Of a stretch of 61,780 bases of DNA, positions 47,791-57,346 are shown one piece after another (within the stretch, counting starts at the first letter, position 1; every line of letters begins with the position of its first letter). The stretch comes from Candidatus Delongbacteria bacterium (GTDB lineage Bacteria; UBA4055): NCBI GenBank assembly GCA_016937995.1, contig JAFGVM010000066.1, positions 1 through 61,780 on the forward strand, given 5' to 3'. The translations under genes were made by a program, and so were the position numbers. The notes beneath the pieces were generated by a model. That model saw only the letters and a list, made by a program, of their open reading frames with translations, was not told the origin of the DNA and ran no database searches.

Positions 47791-49449
47791 TTATTTTGTT
47801 ACATAAAAAGCTTTTTTTAAATTTGTAATTTTCCCATCACTGTTCTTTACACTCAGGAAACAAATATATGCACCTGTATTGACAGTCATTCCATTATTAT
47901 CTTTACAATCCCAAACAAAATCATTTGAAGATGATGTATAAATCGAGTTAGCAGGAATCGCTACTTGCTGACCTTTGATATTGTAGATCTTAACGGTTAA
48001 AAAAATATAAGCGGAATTAAAATCGTAGGAAATTATAAGATTATCATTATTCCCGTCATTATTTGGAGTAACGGTCTTTGGATATAAAGTGAATTCATTA
48101 TGCCCACTGACATCCTCAGGATCCTGAAATACTGAATTCTCCTTTGTTGGAGTTGCTGTATTGACAGATAGCACCCAATTAGTTAACATATAAGAATCAA
48201 ATTCAGGATTTATTTTTTCTATTGAAATACCATAATCATCATTTAGATCTCTATAAGAAAAGCTGTCAATAGTGCTGAGCATTTTATCTAAAATGTAAAT
48301 ACAGTCAGTATCGTTGTTTAGTGACGGCAGCGAGCTGTTCACATATATTTTTGAAAGATCAATAGAGTGAAAATTATAGATCAGATCGTTCTCAGCAACG
48401 ACATAATATTCATCAGGTTGTAAAAATATTTCTGGTAAAGTTATCACAACTTCTTTGTTGCTATCAGTAAGACCGAAATCATTTAGATAAACACTGTCTC
48501 CAGATATGTTAACTATTTCAATAAATTCGCATTGATCACTATTCGGATATTTCATGAATTCATTAAGAGCAATAGGTCTATCATTAAAGCGAATGTAAAT
48601 TGGTATATCAAGATAGTTATTCGAAAGGTTTTCATCATTGTCCGTTTCGATGTCATATACTAATGTATCTGAGCCCGATGTTTCAATATTATCTATGAAT
48701 GATACAAAAACAGAATCCCCTGAGAGAAGCGTACCGTTAAAATCATGATAATCATAAATGATACCGGAATGGTATGCATTGCATCTGAAATTTTCAATTG
48801 GGTTTAAACCAAGATTTTTAACGATCAGATCGATCTCAAAATCAACTCCAGGTTGTAAGTTGCCTGAAATATCATATAACGATATTTCTAGATCATAGTC
48901 GTAATATGAAACTGAATTTTTGAATCCGGGTGTGCCGTTTAAAACTTTTGAATTATCCCAGATATTATCATTCAGATCAACTCTTTCGTCCGAGTAACCC
49001 TGTTCCTGATCTCTAGAGTAAGTGTAAAAAGATATAATCGTTGAATCATTATCGTATATAGTTATTGTCTCATCATATGAATTGCTCAAACCATATTGAC
49101 CTATAGCACCATCGTTTATCATTACTCTCAATATTGAGTCGGGTATCAATTCTTCATAATAAGTGCTGTTAAGATAATACGAGGAGTCCATTATTACACA
49201 ATATTGGTAAGGTTTTAATATCATATTGTCAAAACCATTATATTTGATAAGAAGATCGATCTCCCCGTCGTCTGATACCATCCAACCAGTTAGATCTACC
49301 GTATCAGTTGAATTATTATATATTTCGATAAATTCATCATTGTTTTCATCACCAGCAGTATCGAACATGATCTCAGTCAAAATTATTTGAGATCTCATAC
49401 TATTTAATATTATCAAAATAAAACTGATAATAAATAATTTTGTATTCAT
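47791..49449 (-). CDS. Secreted lamin-tail-domain protein with CARDB and FlgD-like C-terminal domain
   Basis: LTEIMFD..EFIEIYN and LNEFM..EFIEI; TPNNDGNND, IYNIKGQ, WDCKD..G..V.TG.Y. Confidence 0.8.
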   Translation of the reverse strand: MNTKLFIISFILIILNSMRSQIILTEIMFDTAGDENNDEFIEIYNNSTDTVDLTGWMVSDDGEIDLLIKYNGFDNMILKPYQYCVIMDSSYYLNSTYYEELIPDSILRVMINDGAIGQYGLSNSYDETITIYDNDSTIISFYTYSRDQEQGYSDERVDLNDNIWDNSKVLNGTPGFKNSVSYYDYDLEISLYDISGNLQPGVDFEIDLIVKNLGLNPIENFRCNAYHSGIIYDYHDFNGTLLSGDSVFVSFIDNIETSGSDTLVYDIETDNDENLSNNYLDIPIYIRFNDRPIALNEFMKYPNSDQCEFIEIVNISGDSVYLNDFGLTDSNKEVVITLPEIFLQPDEYYVVAENDLIYNFHSIDLSKIYVNSSLPSLNNDTDCIYILDKMLSTIDSFSYRDLNDDYGISIEKINPEFDSYMLTNWVLSVNTATPTKENSVFQDPEDVSGHNEFTLYPKTVTPNNDGNNDNLIISYDFNSAYIFLTVKIYNIKGQQVAIPANSIYTSSSNDFVWDCKDNNGMTVNTGAYICFLSVKNSDGKITNLKKAFYVTK

Positions 49450-49536
49450 ATCATATCTCTTTAGTTATAACATAATATCAATTAAAGAAATTTATATTGA
49501 TTTCGAAAGAATAAATTTCTTTTAGAATTGAAATTC

Positions 49537-49565
49537 TTGACTTGAATTTAATTAATGCATATATT
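49537..49565 (+). promoter_or_regulatory. Sigma-70 promoter of selC
   Basis: TTGACT-N17-TATATT, 18 nt before the tRNA. Confidence 0.6.
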
Positions 49566-49583
49566 AGAAACGCGATTATGCAT

Positions 49584-49679
49584 GGGCTTGGATGGAGACC
49601 TGGTGGCTCCCGCGGACTTCAAATCCGTAAGCGAGGCATTGATACTGTCTTGGGTGAGTTCGATTCTCACACTAGCCCG
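49584..49679 (+). tRNA. selC: tRNA-Sec (anticodon UCA)
   Basis: GCGGA-CTTCAAA-TCCGT anticodon arm, TGGT D-loop, long variable arm, GTGAG-TTCGATT-CTCAC T-arm, G discriminator; CCA not encoded. Confidence 0.93.
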
Positions 49680-49699
49680 TTTTTTTTAAGGAGTACTTT

Positions 49700-50863
49700 A
49701 TGGAGTACGATATTCTGATCATAGGAGCCGGTCCATCCGGCTGTTCATTAGCTCTTCATCTTTCAAAGACGGATCTCAAGATAGCTTTGATCGACAAAGA
49801 AACATTTCCAAGAAGAAAAGTATGTGGTGGGGCCTTAAGTGAAAGAGCTTTAAATCAGTTGAAAGAATTAAATATATATGAAAATTTGCTCAACTCTATA
49901 AGTACAACTAAATCCTACGGACTGAGAGTTTTCACTCCAAAGAAAGAAATACTGGAATTCAATTTCAAAGATCATAGTGATAAAGATAATATTCCTGGTT
50001 TATTATGTGAAAGAAGTGATTTTGATAATTTTTTGATAAATGAAGTCAAAAAATGTAATAATGTTAATATTTTTACAGATGTCAAAATATCTGATATAAA
50101 GATCAACAAGGATAAGGTTTATGCAAATAGTAAAGACCGTTCATTTGTGGGAAAATTCATAGTTGGAGCAGACGGGGCAAATTCGATTCTGAGAACCAAA
50201 TATCCAAGCTATAGAAAAGTATCAGATATTGGAATAAGCTGTCATTTCAAAAATGTATCAGGATTTCATAATGACAATTTAATAGATATGTATTTCCTCA
50301 ATGAAACTTTACCGGGATATTTTTGGATATTTAAATTACCAGGAAATAAAGCTAATGTAGGTGTGTATACTACGAGGGAGTGTGTAAATAAAAATAAACT
50401 CAATTTGAAAGCACTGATTAAGCAAATAATTTCAAATCATCCTGAGATATCCGTAAGGTTCAATAACGCAGAGCAAATTGATGATGTAAAAGGTTGGAAA
50501 TTACCAATATTATTTAAAAGGGTATTTGACAGAAATAATTTATACGGACATAGATATTTATTTATTGGTGATTCAGCATCATTGATCGATCCTGTAACTG
50601 GTGAAGGTATAGGAAATGCGTTGTTAAGTGGTAATTATGCTGCTACAGCAATAAAAGAAGCATTATCCTCCGGGGCTTATTATAGAAAGGGTTTAGAAAT
50701 TTACAGGAACTTATTACTAAAAAAATTAAAGTACGAGCTAAAGATACATCTTTACGGAAGAAACTTATTTAAAAACAAAACGATATTAGAATTTTGTTTT
50801 TCTTTAATAAAAAATTTAAAGCTCATCAATTTACAAATTTCTAAAAGATTATATAAATATTAG
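49700..50863 (+). CDS. Geranylgeranyl reductase family FAD-dependent oxidoreductase
   Basis: GAGPSG, FPRRKVCGG, GADGANS, GYFWIF, IGDSA..IDPVTGEGI. Confidence 0.88.
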   Translation: MEYDILIIGAGPSGCSLALHLSKTDLKIALIDKETFPRRKVCGGALSERALNQLKELNIYENLLNSISTTKSYGLRVFTPKKEILEFNFKDHSDKDNIPGLLCERSDFDNFLINEVKKCNNVNIFTDVKISDIKINKDKVYANSKDRSFVGKFIVGADGANSILRTKYPSYRKVSDIGISCHFKNVSGFHNDNLIDMYFLNETLPGYFWIFKLPGNKANVGVYTTRECVNKNKLNLKALIKQIISNHPEISVRFNNAEQIDDVKGWKLPILFKRVFDRNNLYGHRYLFIGDSASLIDPVTGEGIGNALLSGNYAATAIKEALSSGAYYRKGLEIYRNLLLKKLKYELKIHLYGRNLFKNKTILEFCFSLIKNLKLINLQISKRLYKY

Positions 50864-50982
50864 GCAGAACTTACAATAATCTGCCATATTTGCTTCAAAA
50901 ACTAAATTATAAAATGTTTAGAACAAAAACATTAAAATCATAGTTTAAGTGCTATCAATAAATTAACGAAACAGGTGGTAAA

Positions 50983-51972
50983 ATGAACAGCGATATTAGA
51001 GAAATAACAGAAAAAGTAGAAAGAGAAAGTAAATTTCTTGATATCTTATCTATGGAAATAGGTAAAGTGATCGTGGGCCAAAAATATATGGTGGACAGAT
51101 TATTGATCAGTTTATTTACTGGTGGACATATATTACTTGAAGGAGTTCCTGGTCTTGCGAAAACTGAAACCGTAAAAACTTTAGCTAAAGCTGTTGATGT
51201 GAAATATCAAAGATTACAGTTTACTCCGGATCTTTTACCAGCAGATCTTATTGGAACAATGATCTATAACCAGAATGAAAACAAATTTGAAACCAAGAAA
51301 GGTCCAATATTTGCTAATATAGTTTTAGCAGATGAAATTAACAGATCACCTGCAAAAGTTCAGTCAGCACTTCTTGAAGCTATGCAGGAAAAACATGTTA
51401 CCATTGGGGAAAATACTTTTTATTTAGATGAACCGTTTTTAGTGTTGGCTACTCAAAATCCTATAGAACAAGAAGGAACGTATCCACTACCTGAAGCTCA
51501 AGTTGATAGATTTATGATGAAAATAAAAATTACTTATCCTACCCCAAATGAGGAATTAGAAATAATGAGAAGGGTCACTTCCTCTGAAAAACCTGAAATT
51601 AAAACCGTGATTACAAGGGATGAAATAAAAAGAGTGAGAGAGATAGTAAAAGAGATCTATATTGACGAAAAAGTGGAAAAATATATAATAGATATTGTGA
51701 ACGCAACAAGAACCCCGGAGAAATACGGATTGAAGGAACTTGAACCTCTAATTGGGTATGCTGCCTCACCAAGAGCTTCCATATATCTTGTATTGGCCTC
51801 TAAAGCACAAGCATTTATGAAGAAAAGAGGATTTGTAACTCCAGAGGATATTAGAACAATTGGAATGGATGTACTCCGACACAGGATAGGAGTAACTTAT
51901 GAAGCTGAGGCTGAAGAGATAACAAGTGAAGATATTGTAAAGAAAATTTTTGATACTATTGAGATACCGTAG
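50983..51972 (+). CDS. moxR: MoxR family AAA+ ATPase
   Basis: LEGVPGLAKT, QFTPDLLPAD, DEINR, ATQNPIEQEGTYPLPEAQ. Confidence 0.95.
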   Translation: MNSDIREITEKVERESKFLDILSMEIGKVIVGQKYMVDRLLISLFTGGHILLEGVPGLAKTETVKTLAKAVDVKYQRLQFTPDLLPADLIGTMIYNQNENKFETKKGPIFANIVLADEINRSPAKVQSALLEAMQEKHVTIGENTFYLDEPFLVLATQNPIEQEGTYPLPEAQVDRFMMKIKITYPTPNEELEIMRRVTSSEKPEIKTVITRDEIKRVREIVKEIYIDEKVEKYIIDIVNATRTPEKYGLKELEPLIGYAASPRASIYLVLASKAQAFMKKRGFVTPEDIRTIGMDVLRHRIGVTYEAEAEEITSEDIVKKIFDTIEIP

Positions 51973-51978
51973 AGCAAA

Positions 51979-52866
51979 ATGGAAAAAAAAGATAAACAAA
52001 AAGAAATATTAAAGAAAGTCCGCTACCTTGACATTAAGACAAGAAAGATCATAAATGAACTTTTTGGAGGAGAATACCACAGTGTTTTTAAAGGTCGTGG
52101 TATGAATTTTTCCGAGGTTAGAGAATATTCCTATGGTGATGATATCAGGAATATTGACTGGAATGTTACAGCCAGGATGAGAAAACCTTTTGTTAAAGTA
52201 TTTGAGGAAGAAAGAGAACTGGTTTTAATGCTGATAGTTGATATTTCCGGAAGTGGTTATTTTGGTTCGGGAGAAAATTTAAAACGTGAGATCGCCGCAG
52301 AAATTGGTGCGTTACTGGCTTTCAGTGCAGTAAAGAACAATGATAAGGTTGGAATGATACTTTTCAGTGATAAAATAGAAAAATATATCCCACCACAAAA
52401 AGGAAGAAGTCATGCCTTCAGATTGATCAGGGAACTTCTTTTTTTTGAACCTGAGTCATCTAAAACATCTATCGAGGAAGCTTTAGTATTTTTTAACAAA
52501 GTACAAAAAAAGAAAACGATCGCATTTTTAATTTCAGATTTTGAGGATGAAAATTATGAGAAAGGTTTACAGATCGTAAGTAAAAAACATGATCTTGTAG
52601 CAATTGATATTTTTGATAAATTAGAAGAGGAACTCCCTGAATCGGGATTGTATGAATTTTTCGATAATGAGACTGAAGAAAGAGTAATTGTTGATCTCAG
52701 TAGAAATGAAAACAGAGAATTGATCAAAAACGATATTGCCAATAAGATAGAATTCAGACAGAATATGTTTAAGAAAAATAAAATAGACAGTATAAGAATT
52801 GAAACGAATTCTCCATATATAGAGTCATTCATAAGATTTTTCAAAAAAAGAAAGGGTAGGAATTAG
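51979..52866 (+). CDS. DUF58 family protein
   Basis: GRGMNFSEVREY, DDIRNIDWNVTAR, LISDF. Confidence 0.92.
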   Translation: MEKKDKQKEILKKVRYLDIKTRKIINELFGGEYHSVFKGRGMNFSEVREYSYGDDIRNIDWNVTARMRKPFVKVFEEERELVLMLIVDISGSGYFGSGENLKREIAAEIGALLAFSAVKNNDKVGMILFSDKIEKYIPPQKGRSHAFRLIRELLFFEPESSKTSIEEALVFFNKVQKKKTIAFLISDFEDENYEKGLQIVSKKHDLVAIDIFDKLEEELPESGLYEFFDNETEERVIVDLSRNENRELIKNDIANKIEFRQNMFKKNKIDSIRIETNSPYIESFIRFFKKRKGRN

Positions 52867-52871
52867 CAAAC

Positions 52872-53846
52872 ATGTACTCAAGGTTAATATTTTTTACAAT
52901 AATATTTTCGTTAAGATTATTTTCGAGCATAGGTGTAACTCCTGACCGCTATGAATTAATAACCGGTGATAAGTTAAATCTTAAAATAGAATTAACTTAT
53001 CCAAGCGATGCTATTATTGATATATCCCAAATTAAAAACCTTTCAACTGAGGAATTTGAACTATTAAATTCTATTCAGATATCAAAAAAAGAAATTGACG
53101 GTAAAACGACTGAGACCATTAATAATGAATATATAGCTTTCGGAAACCCGGGGGAAGTATATTTCCCTTCGTTTGATTACTCATATGTTTTTAAAGATGA
53201 AACAAAAACATTCAGAAGTGATTCTATTAAAATAATAGTTAAATCAATTTTAAATGGGAATGTTGCATATATTGATTCTACGGGCAAGAAAAATACGATA
53301 CCTTTAGATTCCTTAAAAATGATACTCCCCATAAAAGATATATGGGAATATAAATTGTCCGCAACAGAGAAGAAGTACATTGTTTCTTTTATTATACTCC
53401 TGATAGCACTATTTATAACAGTATATTATTTTTTAAAACGTAAGAAGAAAAATGGAGATCACTTATTATCTGAAGAAAAGATCATTATAATACCTGCTCA
53501 TATTAAAGCCATTGAGAGATTAGACGCATTAAAACAAAAGAGTTATTTATCAAAAGGAAATTTCAAGGAATTTGCAGCTGAATTATCATTGATAACGAGA
53601 TTATTTCTGGAGGATAGGTACAAGTTTCCAGGGGCTGAATTACCAACCGAAGAACTAAAAGAAAAAATATCAGGATTTATTCTAAATGAAGATATATTAG
53701 CGGGAATGTATAAATTACTTGAAATAACCGACTACGTAAAGTTCGCTAAATTTATACCGTTAGAAGCAGAATTAAAAAGATTTCTTGAGTTTGCATACGA
53801 ATTAGTAGATAACCTAAAGGATAAGGATAGTAAAGAAAATGTTTAA
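52872..53846 (+). CDS. Bat-operon membrane-anchored protein (BatD-like N-domain)
   Basis: Signal peptide, single TM, DYVKFAK motif; lies between DUF58 and batA. Confidence 0.7.
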   Translation: MYSRLIFFTIIFSLRLFSSIGVTPDRYELITGDKLNLKIELTYPSDAIIDISQIKNLSTEEFELLNSIQISKKEIDGKTTETINNEYIAFGNPGEVYFPSFDYSYVFKDETKTFRSDSIKIIVKSILNGNVAYIDSTGKKNTIPLDSLKMILPIKDIWEYKLSATEKKYIVSFIILLIALFITVYYFLKRKKKNGDHLLSEEKIIIIPAHIKAIERLDALKQKSYLSKGNFKEFAAELSLITRLFLEDRYKFPGAELPTEELKEKISGFILNEDILAGMYKLLEITDYVKFAKFIPLEAELKRFLEFAYELVDNLKDKDSKENV

Positions 53847-54819
53847 ATTTAATAATCCTGAATATTTTTATCTGTTTTTTGTACTCATAGTTGCTACGAT
53901 ATATCGTTTTTCAAGAAGAAGATATCCAAGCTTAAGATATTCATCAATAAGACCTCTGAAAAATTCAAAACCAACTCTTAGAACAAGAGTTATTTTGTTA
54001 CCGGACATTATAAAATTAGCTGCCATTACATTGTTCATTTTTGCATTAGCAAGACCACAATCAACCTCAGAATCTTCAGAGACAATAACGGAAGGTATTG
54101 ATATAGTAATAGCTCTTGATATCTCCACTTCAATGCTGGCGCAAGATTTTAAACCTGATAGATTTAGAGCATCGTTGGAGGTTGCAAAAGAGTTTATTAA
54201 GGGAAGGCAGAATGATAGAATAGGTTTTGTTGTATTCGCAGGTGAATCATATACTCAATGTCCTTTAACTACAGATTATAATATTCTTTATGAGCTATCG
54301 GATAAAATCAAAATGGGTATTATTGAAGATGGAACTGCTATAGGTACGGCAATAATTAATTCAATTAACAGACTGAAAGAAAGCAAATCTAAAAGTAAAG
54401 TTATAATATTGCTTACTGATGGAGAAAACAATAAAGGTGAGATCGAACCAGAAACTGCAGCACAGGCAGCAGAAGCCTTAGGTATAAGGATATACTCTAT
54501 TGGAATTGGGAAAGATAGAGCTCCTTATCCATTTAAAGATATGTTCGGCAATACAAGATTGAGAGAGATAGATTTTAAAATAGATGAAGAAATGATGGTT
54601 AGTATTGCTGAAACAACCGGTGGTAAATATTTTAGAGCTCAGGATAAAGAGAAGTTAGAAAAAATATACGAAGAGATAGACAAACTTGAAAAAACAAAAA
54701 TAAAGATAAAATCCTATAAAAGATTCAATGAAAAATTCGAACAGTTTCTTCTTCCGGGTATTATTCTTTTACTCTTATCACTCGTCTTAGAAAATACATA
54801 CTTTGCGAAAAAACCCTGA
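53839..54819 (+). CDS. batA: BatA-like VWA domain protein
   Basis: ALARPQ, MIDAS DISTSM, DGTAIG, LLTDGENN, TGGKYFRA. Confidence 0.9.
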   Translation: MFKFNNPEYFYLFFVLIVATIYRFSRRRYPSLRYSSIRPLKNSKPTLRTRVILLPDIIKLAAITLFIFALARPQSTSESSETITEGIDIVIALDISTSMLAQDFKPDRFRASLEVAKEFIKGRQNDRIGFVVFAGESYTQCPLTTDYNILYELSDKIKMGIIEDGTAIGTAIINSINRLKESKSKSKVIILLTDGENNKGEIEPETAAQAAEALGIRIYSIGIGKDRAPYPFKDMFGNTRLREIDFKIDEEMMVSIAETTGGKYFRAQDKEKLEKIYEEIDKLEKTKIKIKSYKRFNEKFEQFLLPGIILLLLSLVLENTYFAKKP

Positions 54820-55043
54820 TGTTTAAATTTAACAAAAACAGTATCATAGGAACTCTGCTGATAGGATATTCTATCTATGACGAGATAGTATTGTTCATAA
54901 ATAAGATATCGCTTGATAAAATCAAAGATATACCTTCTGGAGATTTTCCAATAATGTTCATGTCGTTATTAAATGTATGTATTTTTACGGCCGGTATAAT
55001 TTTTATTCGAAGATCAACTAAAAGAGCAAATAAGAGTGATTGA
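54819..55043 (+). CDS. Small membrane hypothetical protein
   Basis: 74 aa, two hydrophobic stretches, TGATG coupling to batA. Confidence 0.45.
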   Translation: MFKFNKNSIIGTLLIGYSIYDEIVLFINKISLDKIKDIPSGDFPIMFMSLLNVCIFTAGIIFIRRSTKRANKSD

Positions 55044-55197
55044 TAATCTATCACCCTTTGAGTGTTTATTATAATATTGATTTTATTCAAAATCGTATTT
55101 ATATTACAAACGTCATAAATTATAAAATTTAAATAAATATAAATATTAAGATTTCTTTTCAGATATTTTTATAGATGAAATTAAATATTGAGAAAAA

Positions 55198-55965
55198 ATG
55201 AAAAAGGTTGGTACAATATCTATCTTATATCTAGAAGATGATGATTTAGATGTGGATATTATTAGAATGACAATCGCAGAAGGGAACTTTAAATTCAATT
55301 TAACACATGTAAAAAATAAATATGAATTTAAGACTGCTTTAAGGACAATGAATTATGATGTCATTATAGCAGATAATAATTTGCCCGATATGGATAGTTA
55401 TGATATTTTATCTATGATCAATGAAAGTAATTCCAATATTCCTCTGATAATATTAGCTGGTGTTCTTGATGAGGAAGATGCTATAAAAATACTAAAATAT
55501 GGTGCAAGTGATTATATACACAAAGAAAAGCTTTATAAACTTTTGCCATCAATAGTCAAAGTTATAGATGAATCTCATAAGACAAAAAAAGAGAAAATAA
55601 TTCAGGAGGAAATTAGACAGTCTGAGGAGAATCTATCTACAATTTTTCATGAATTGCTAGATGTAATATTTGTATTTGACTTAAAGGATACTTCGATAAT
55701 TAATGTTAACCAGGCAATAAAAAAGAATTTGGGGTATAATAGAAATAATGTAATAGGAAAGAGTATATTTTCATTGTTGCTGGATGAAATGAAAAATTCT
55801 GACAGGAAAAACTACATAAAAAATTTAATTACTTACGGATATATTATTGAAAACAGAAAATTTAAAGATAAAAATGGGAATTCCTGCGATATGGAAGTTG
55901 TGATAAAAATTATTCCATGGGGAAATGATAAAGTAGGATTAGGAACATTGAGAAAAATATTATAA
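55198..55965 (+). CDS. Receiver-domain plus PAS protein
   Basis: LYLEDD, IIADNNLP, GASDYIHK; C-terminal PAS. Confidence 0.85.
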   Translation: MKKVGTISILYLEDDDLDVDIIRMTIAEGNFKFNLTHVKNKYEFKTALRTMNYDVIIADNNLPDMDSYDILSMINESNSNIPLIILAGVLDEEDAIKILKYGASDYIHKEKLYKLLPSIVKVIDESHKTKKEKIIQEEIRQSEENLSTIFHELLDVIFVFDLKDTSIINVNQAIKKNLGYNRNNVIGKSIFSLLLDEMKNSDRKNYIKNLITYGYIIENRKFKDKNGNSCDMEVVIKIIPWGNDKVGLGTLRKIL

Positions 55966-55984
55966 AGATATTACATAACACAAT

Positions 55985-56015
55985 AAAAAAAGCGGATATT
56001 AATCCGCTTTTTTTT
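55985..56015. terminator. Bidirectional intrinsic terminator
   Basis: A7-GCGGAT-ATTA-ATCCGC-T8 between convergent genes. Confidence 0.85.
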
Positions 56016-56029
56016 ATTAGTCATTATCA

Positions 56030-57310
56030 TTAGAAACAGTACTTTAAAGTTGTTCCCAGTTTCATAATCATATCTTCAGGATGATCCTGATTTGATAGGT
56101 CCATTACTCTTGCGTAACCTACGTCAGGTAAGAAGAATGCCATGTAAGGAATAATATCAAGGCTTTCATACATTGTTATCTTTGCTTTAAGATCGAATTC
56201 CGTTCCCTGATACATTGCATCAGATACTTTACCATAATTCTGGTCGAACATGAACACACCAAGACCACCGGTTAATGTCAAGTTGTCTTTTAACTTATAG
56301 TCAACAAATACTGAAGGAAGAGCTACACCGAGTTCTTGGTACAGGTCGAAATCCATTGGATTCCTTTCTGCAATTCCATCAGGAGTCTGGTTTATAATTT
56401 CTAAACCTGTATCGTAGAATGGTGCGTAAGTTTCAAAATTTTCATACATTGTTTGACATCCTCGGTATAAAAAGTTTGCCCTTAATGATAATTTGCTGTC
56501 TACTTCAAATGATGATTTCAGACTAAAACCAGTTCCGGTTTTATCCGGATCATGTGGCTGGCTGAAAGTAGCAGGATCACCATCAATAACATCGTAATCG
56601 TAATATCTGTTGTTTACAACAAATTGAGCATCGAATTTGATTTTACCATAGTTGCCTATGACTCTTGGTGCTACAAAGATGCTAACTTCATCTCTGTTAA
56701 CAGTCAAAACCGGGATATTGTACTCTTCTCTTGTAAAAACTAAATAATTAGATAAACCAAGAGTGACTTTTTCGTTTAGATCATAAGTTAATCCAAGTGC
56801 GAAGAAAGTTGTACCATAGCTATAAGTATTCTCGTTAATGTTTACTTCATCAAGATCATAAGGTGCGAACCAACCAAGATCAACATTATACTTATTGAAC
56901 CTTCCATTCCATAGGATACCTGCAACATCAGCATTGAAAATGAATCCATGAGGATCTTGGTAAGGAAGAAGTCCGATTGTAATCTTGTGGTCTTCGTTAG
57001 GAATGATGCTCAGGTAGAGGTTTTTTGTTTCGGTATTTATTCCATCTGTACCTAGATCAGCGCTTGGATTTGTACCAAACTGAATATCACCAACTTCAAA
57101 TACCGCTTTAACAATCAGATTATCATTGATATTATAGTCAACGAACGGTCTGAATCTCAGGTCGGCTTTTTTGTCGTAGATCTGTGTGTCAGCATCGGTT
57201 GAGTTCAAATTTTGCAATTCAGAACGTACTCTCATATTCATTCCGAATTTTATTTGAGCAAAAGCCATCGCTAATGACACCAGTATCAAGATTGAAAGAA
57301 GCTTTTTCAT
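56030..57310 (-). CDS. Outer-membrane beta-barrel protein (porin-like)
   Basis: Signal peptide, amphipathic strands, C-terminal YCF. Confidence 0.7.
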   Translation of the reverse strand: MKKLLSILILVSLAMAFAQIKFGMNMRVRSELQNLNSTDADTQIYDKKADLRFRPFVDYNINDNLIVKAVFEVGDIQFGTNPSADLGTDGINTETKNLYLSIIPNEDHKITIGLLPYQDPHGFIFNADVAGILWNGRFNKYNVDLGWFAPYDLDEVNINENTYSYGTTFFALGLTYDLNEKVTLGLSNYLVFTREEYNIPVLTVNRDEVSIFVAPRVIGNYGKIKFDAQFVVNNRYYDYDVIDGDPATFSQPHDPDKTGTGFSLKSSFEVDSKLSLRANFLYRGCQTMYENFETYAPFYDTGLEIINQTPDGIAERNPMDFDLYQELGVALPSVFVDYKLKDNLTLTGGLGVFMFDQNYGKVSDAMYQGTEFDLKAKITMYESLDIIPYMAFFLPDVGYARVMDLSNQDHPEDMIMKLGTTLKYCF

Positions 57311-57346
57311 AGTGTTTTCCTTTTTATTTTAGATTTTTTTATATCG

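Noticed and set aside
213-54819. Sec readthrough at the terminal TGA of ppi, cdsA, the cpdA-like gene or batA
   Set aside because: The proteins are complete at the TGA, there is no Cys-type motif, and I saw no SECIS-like hairpin
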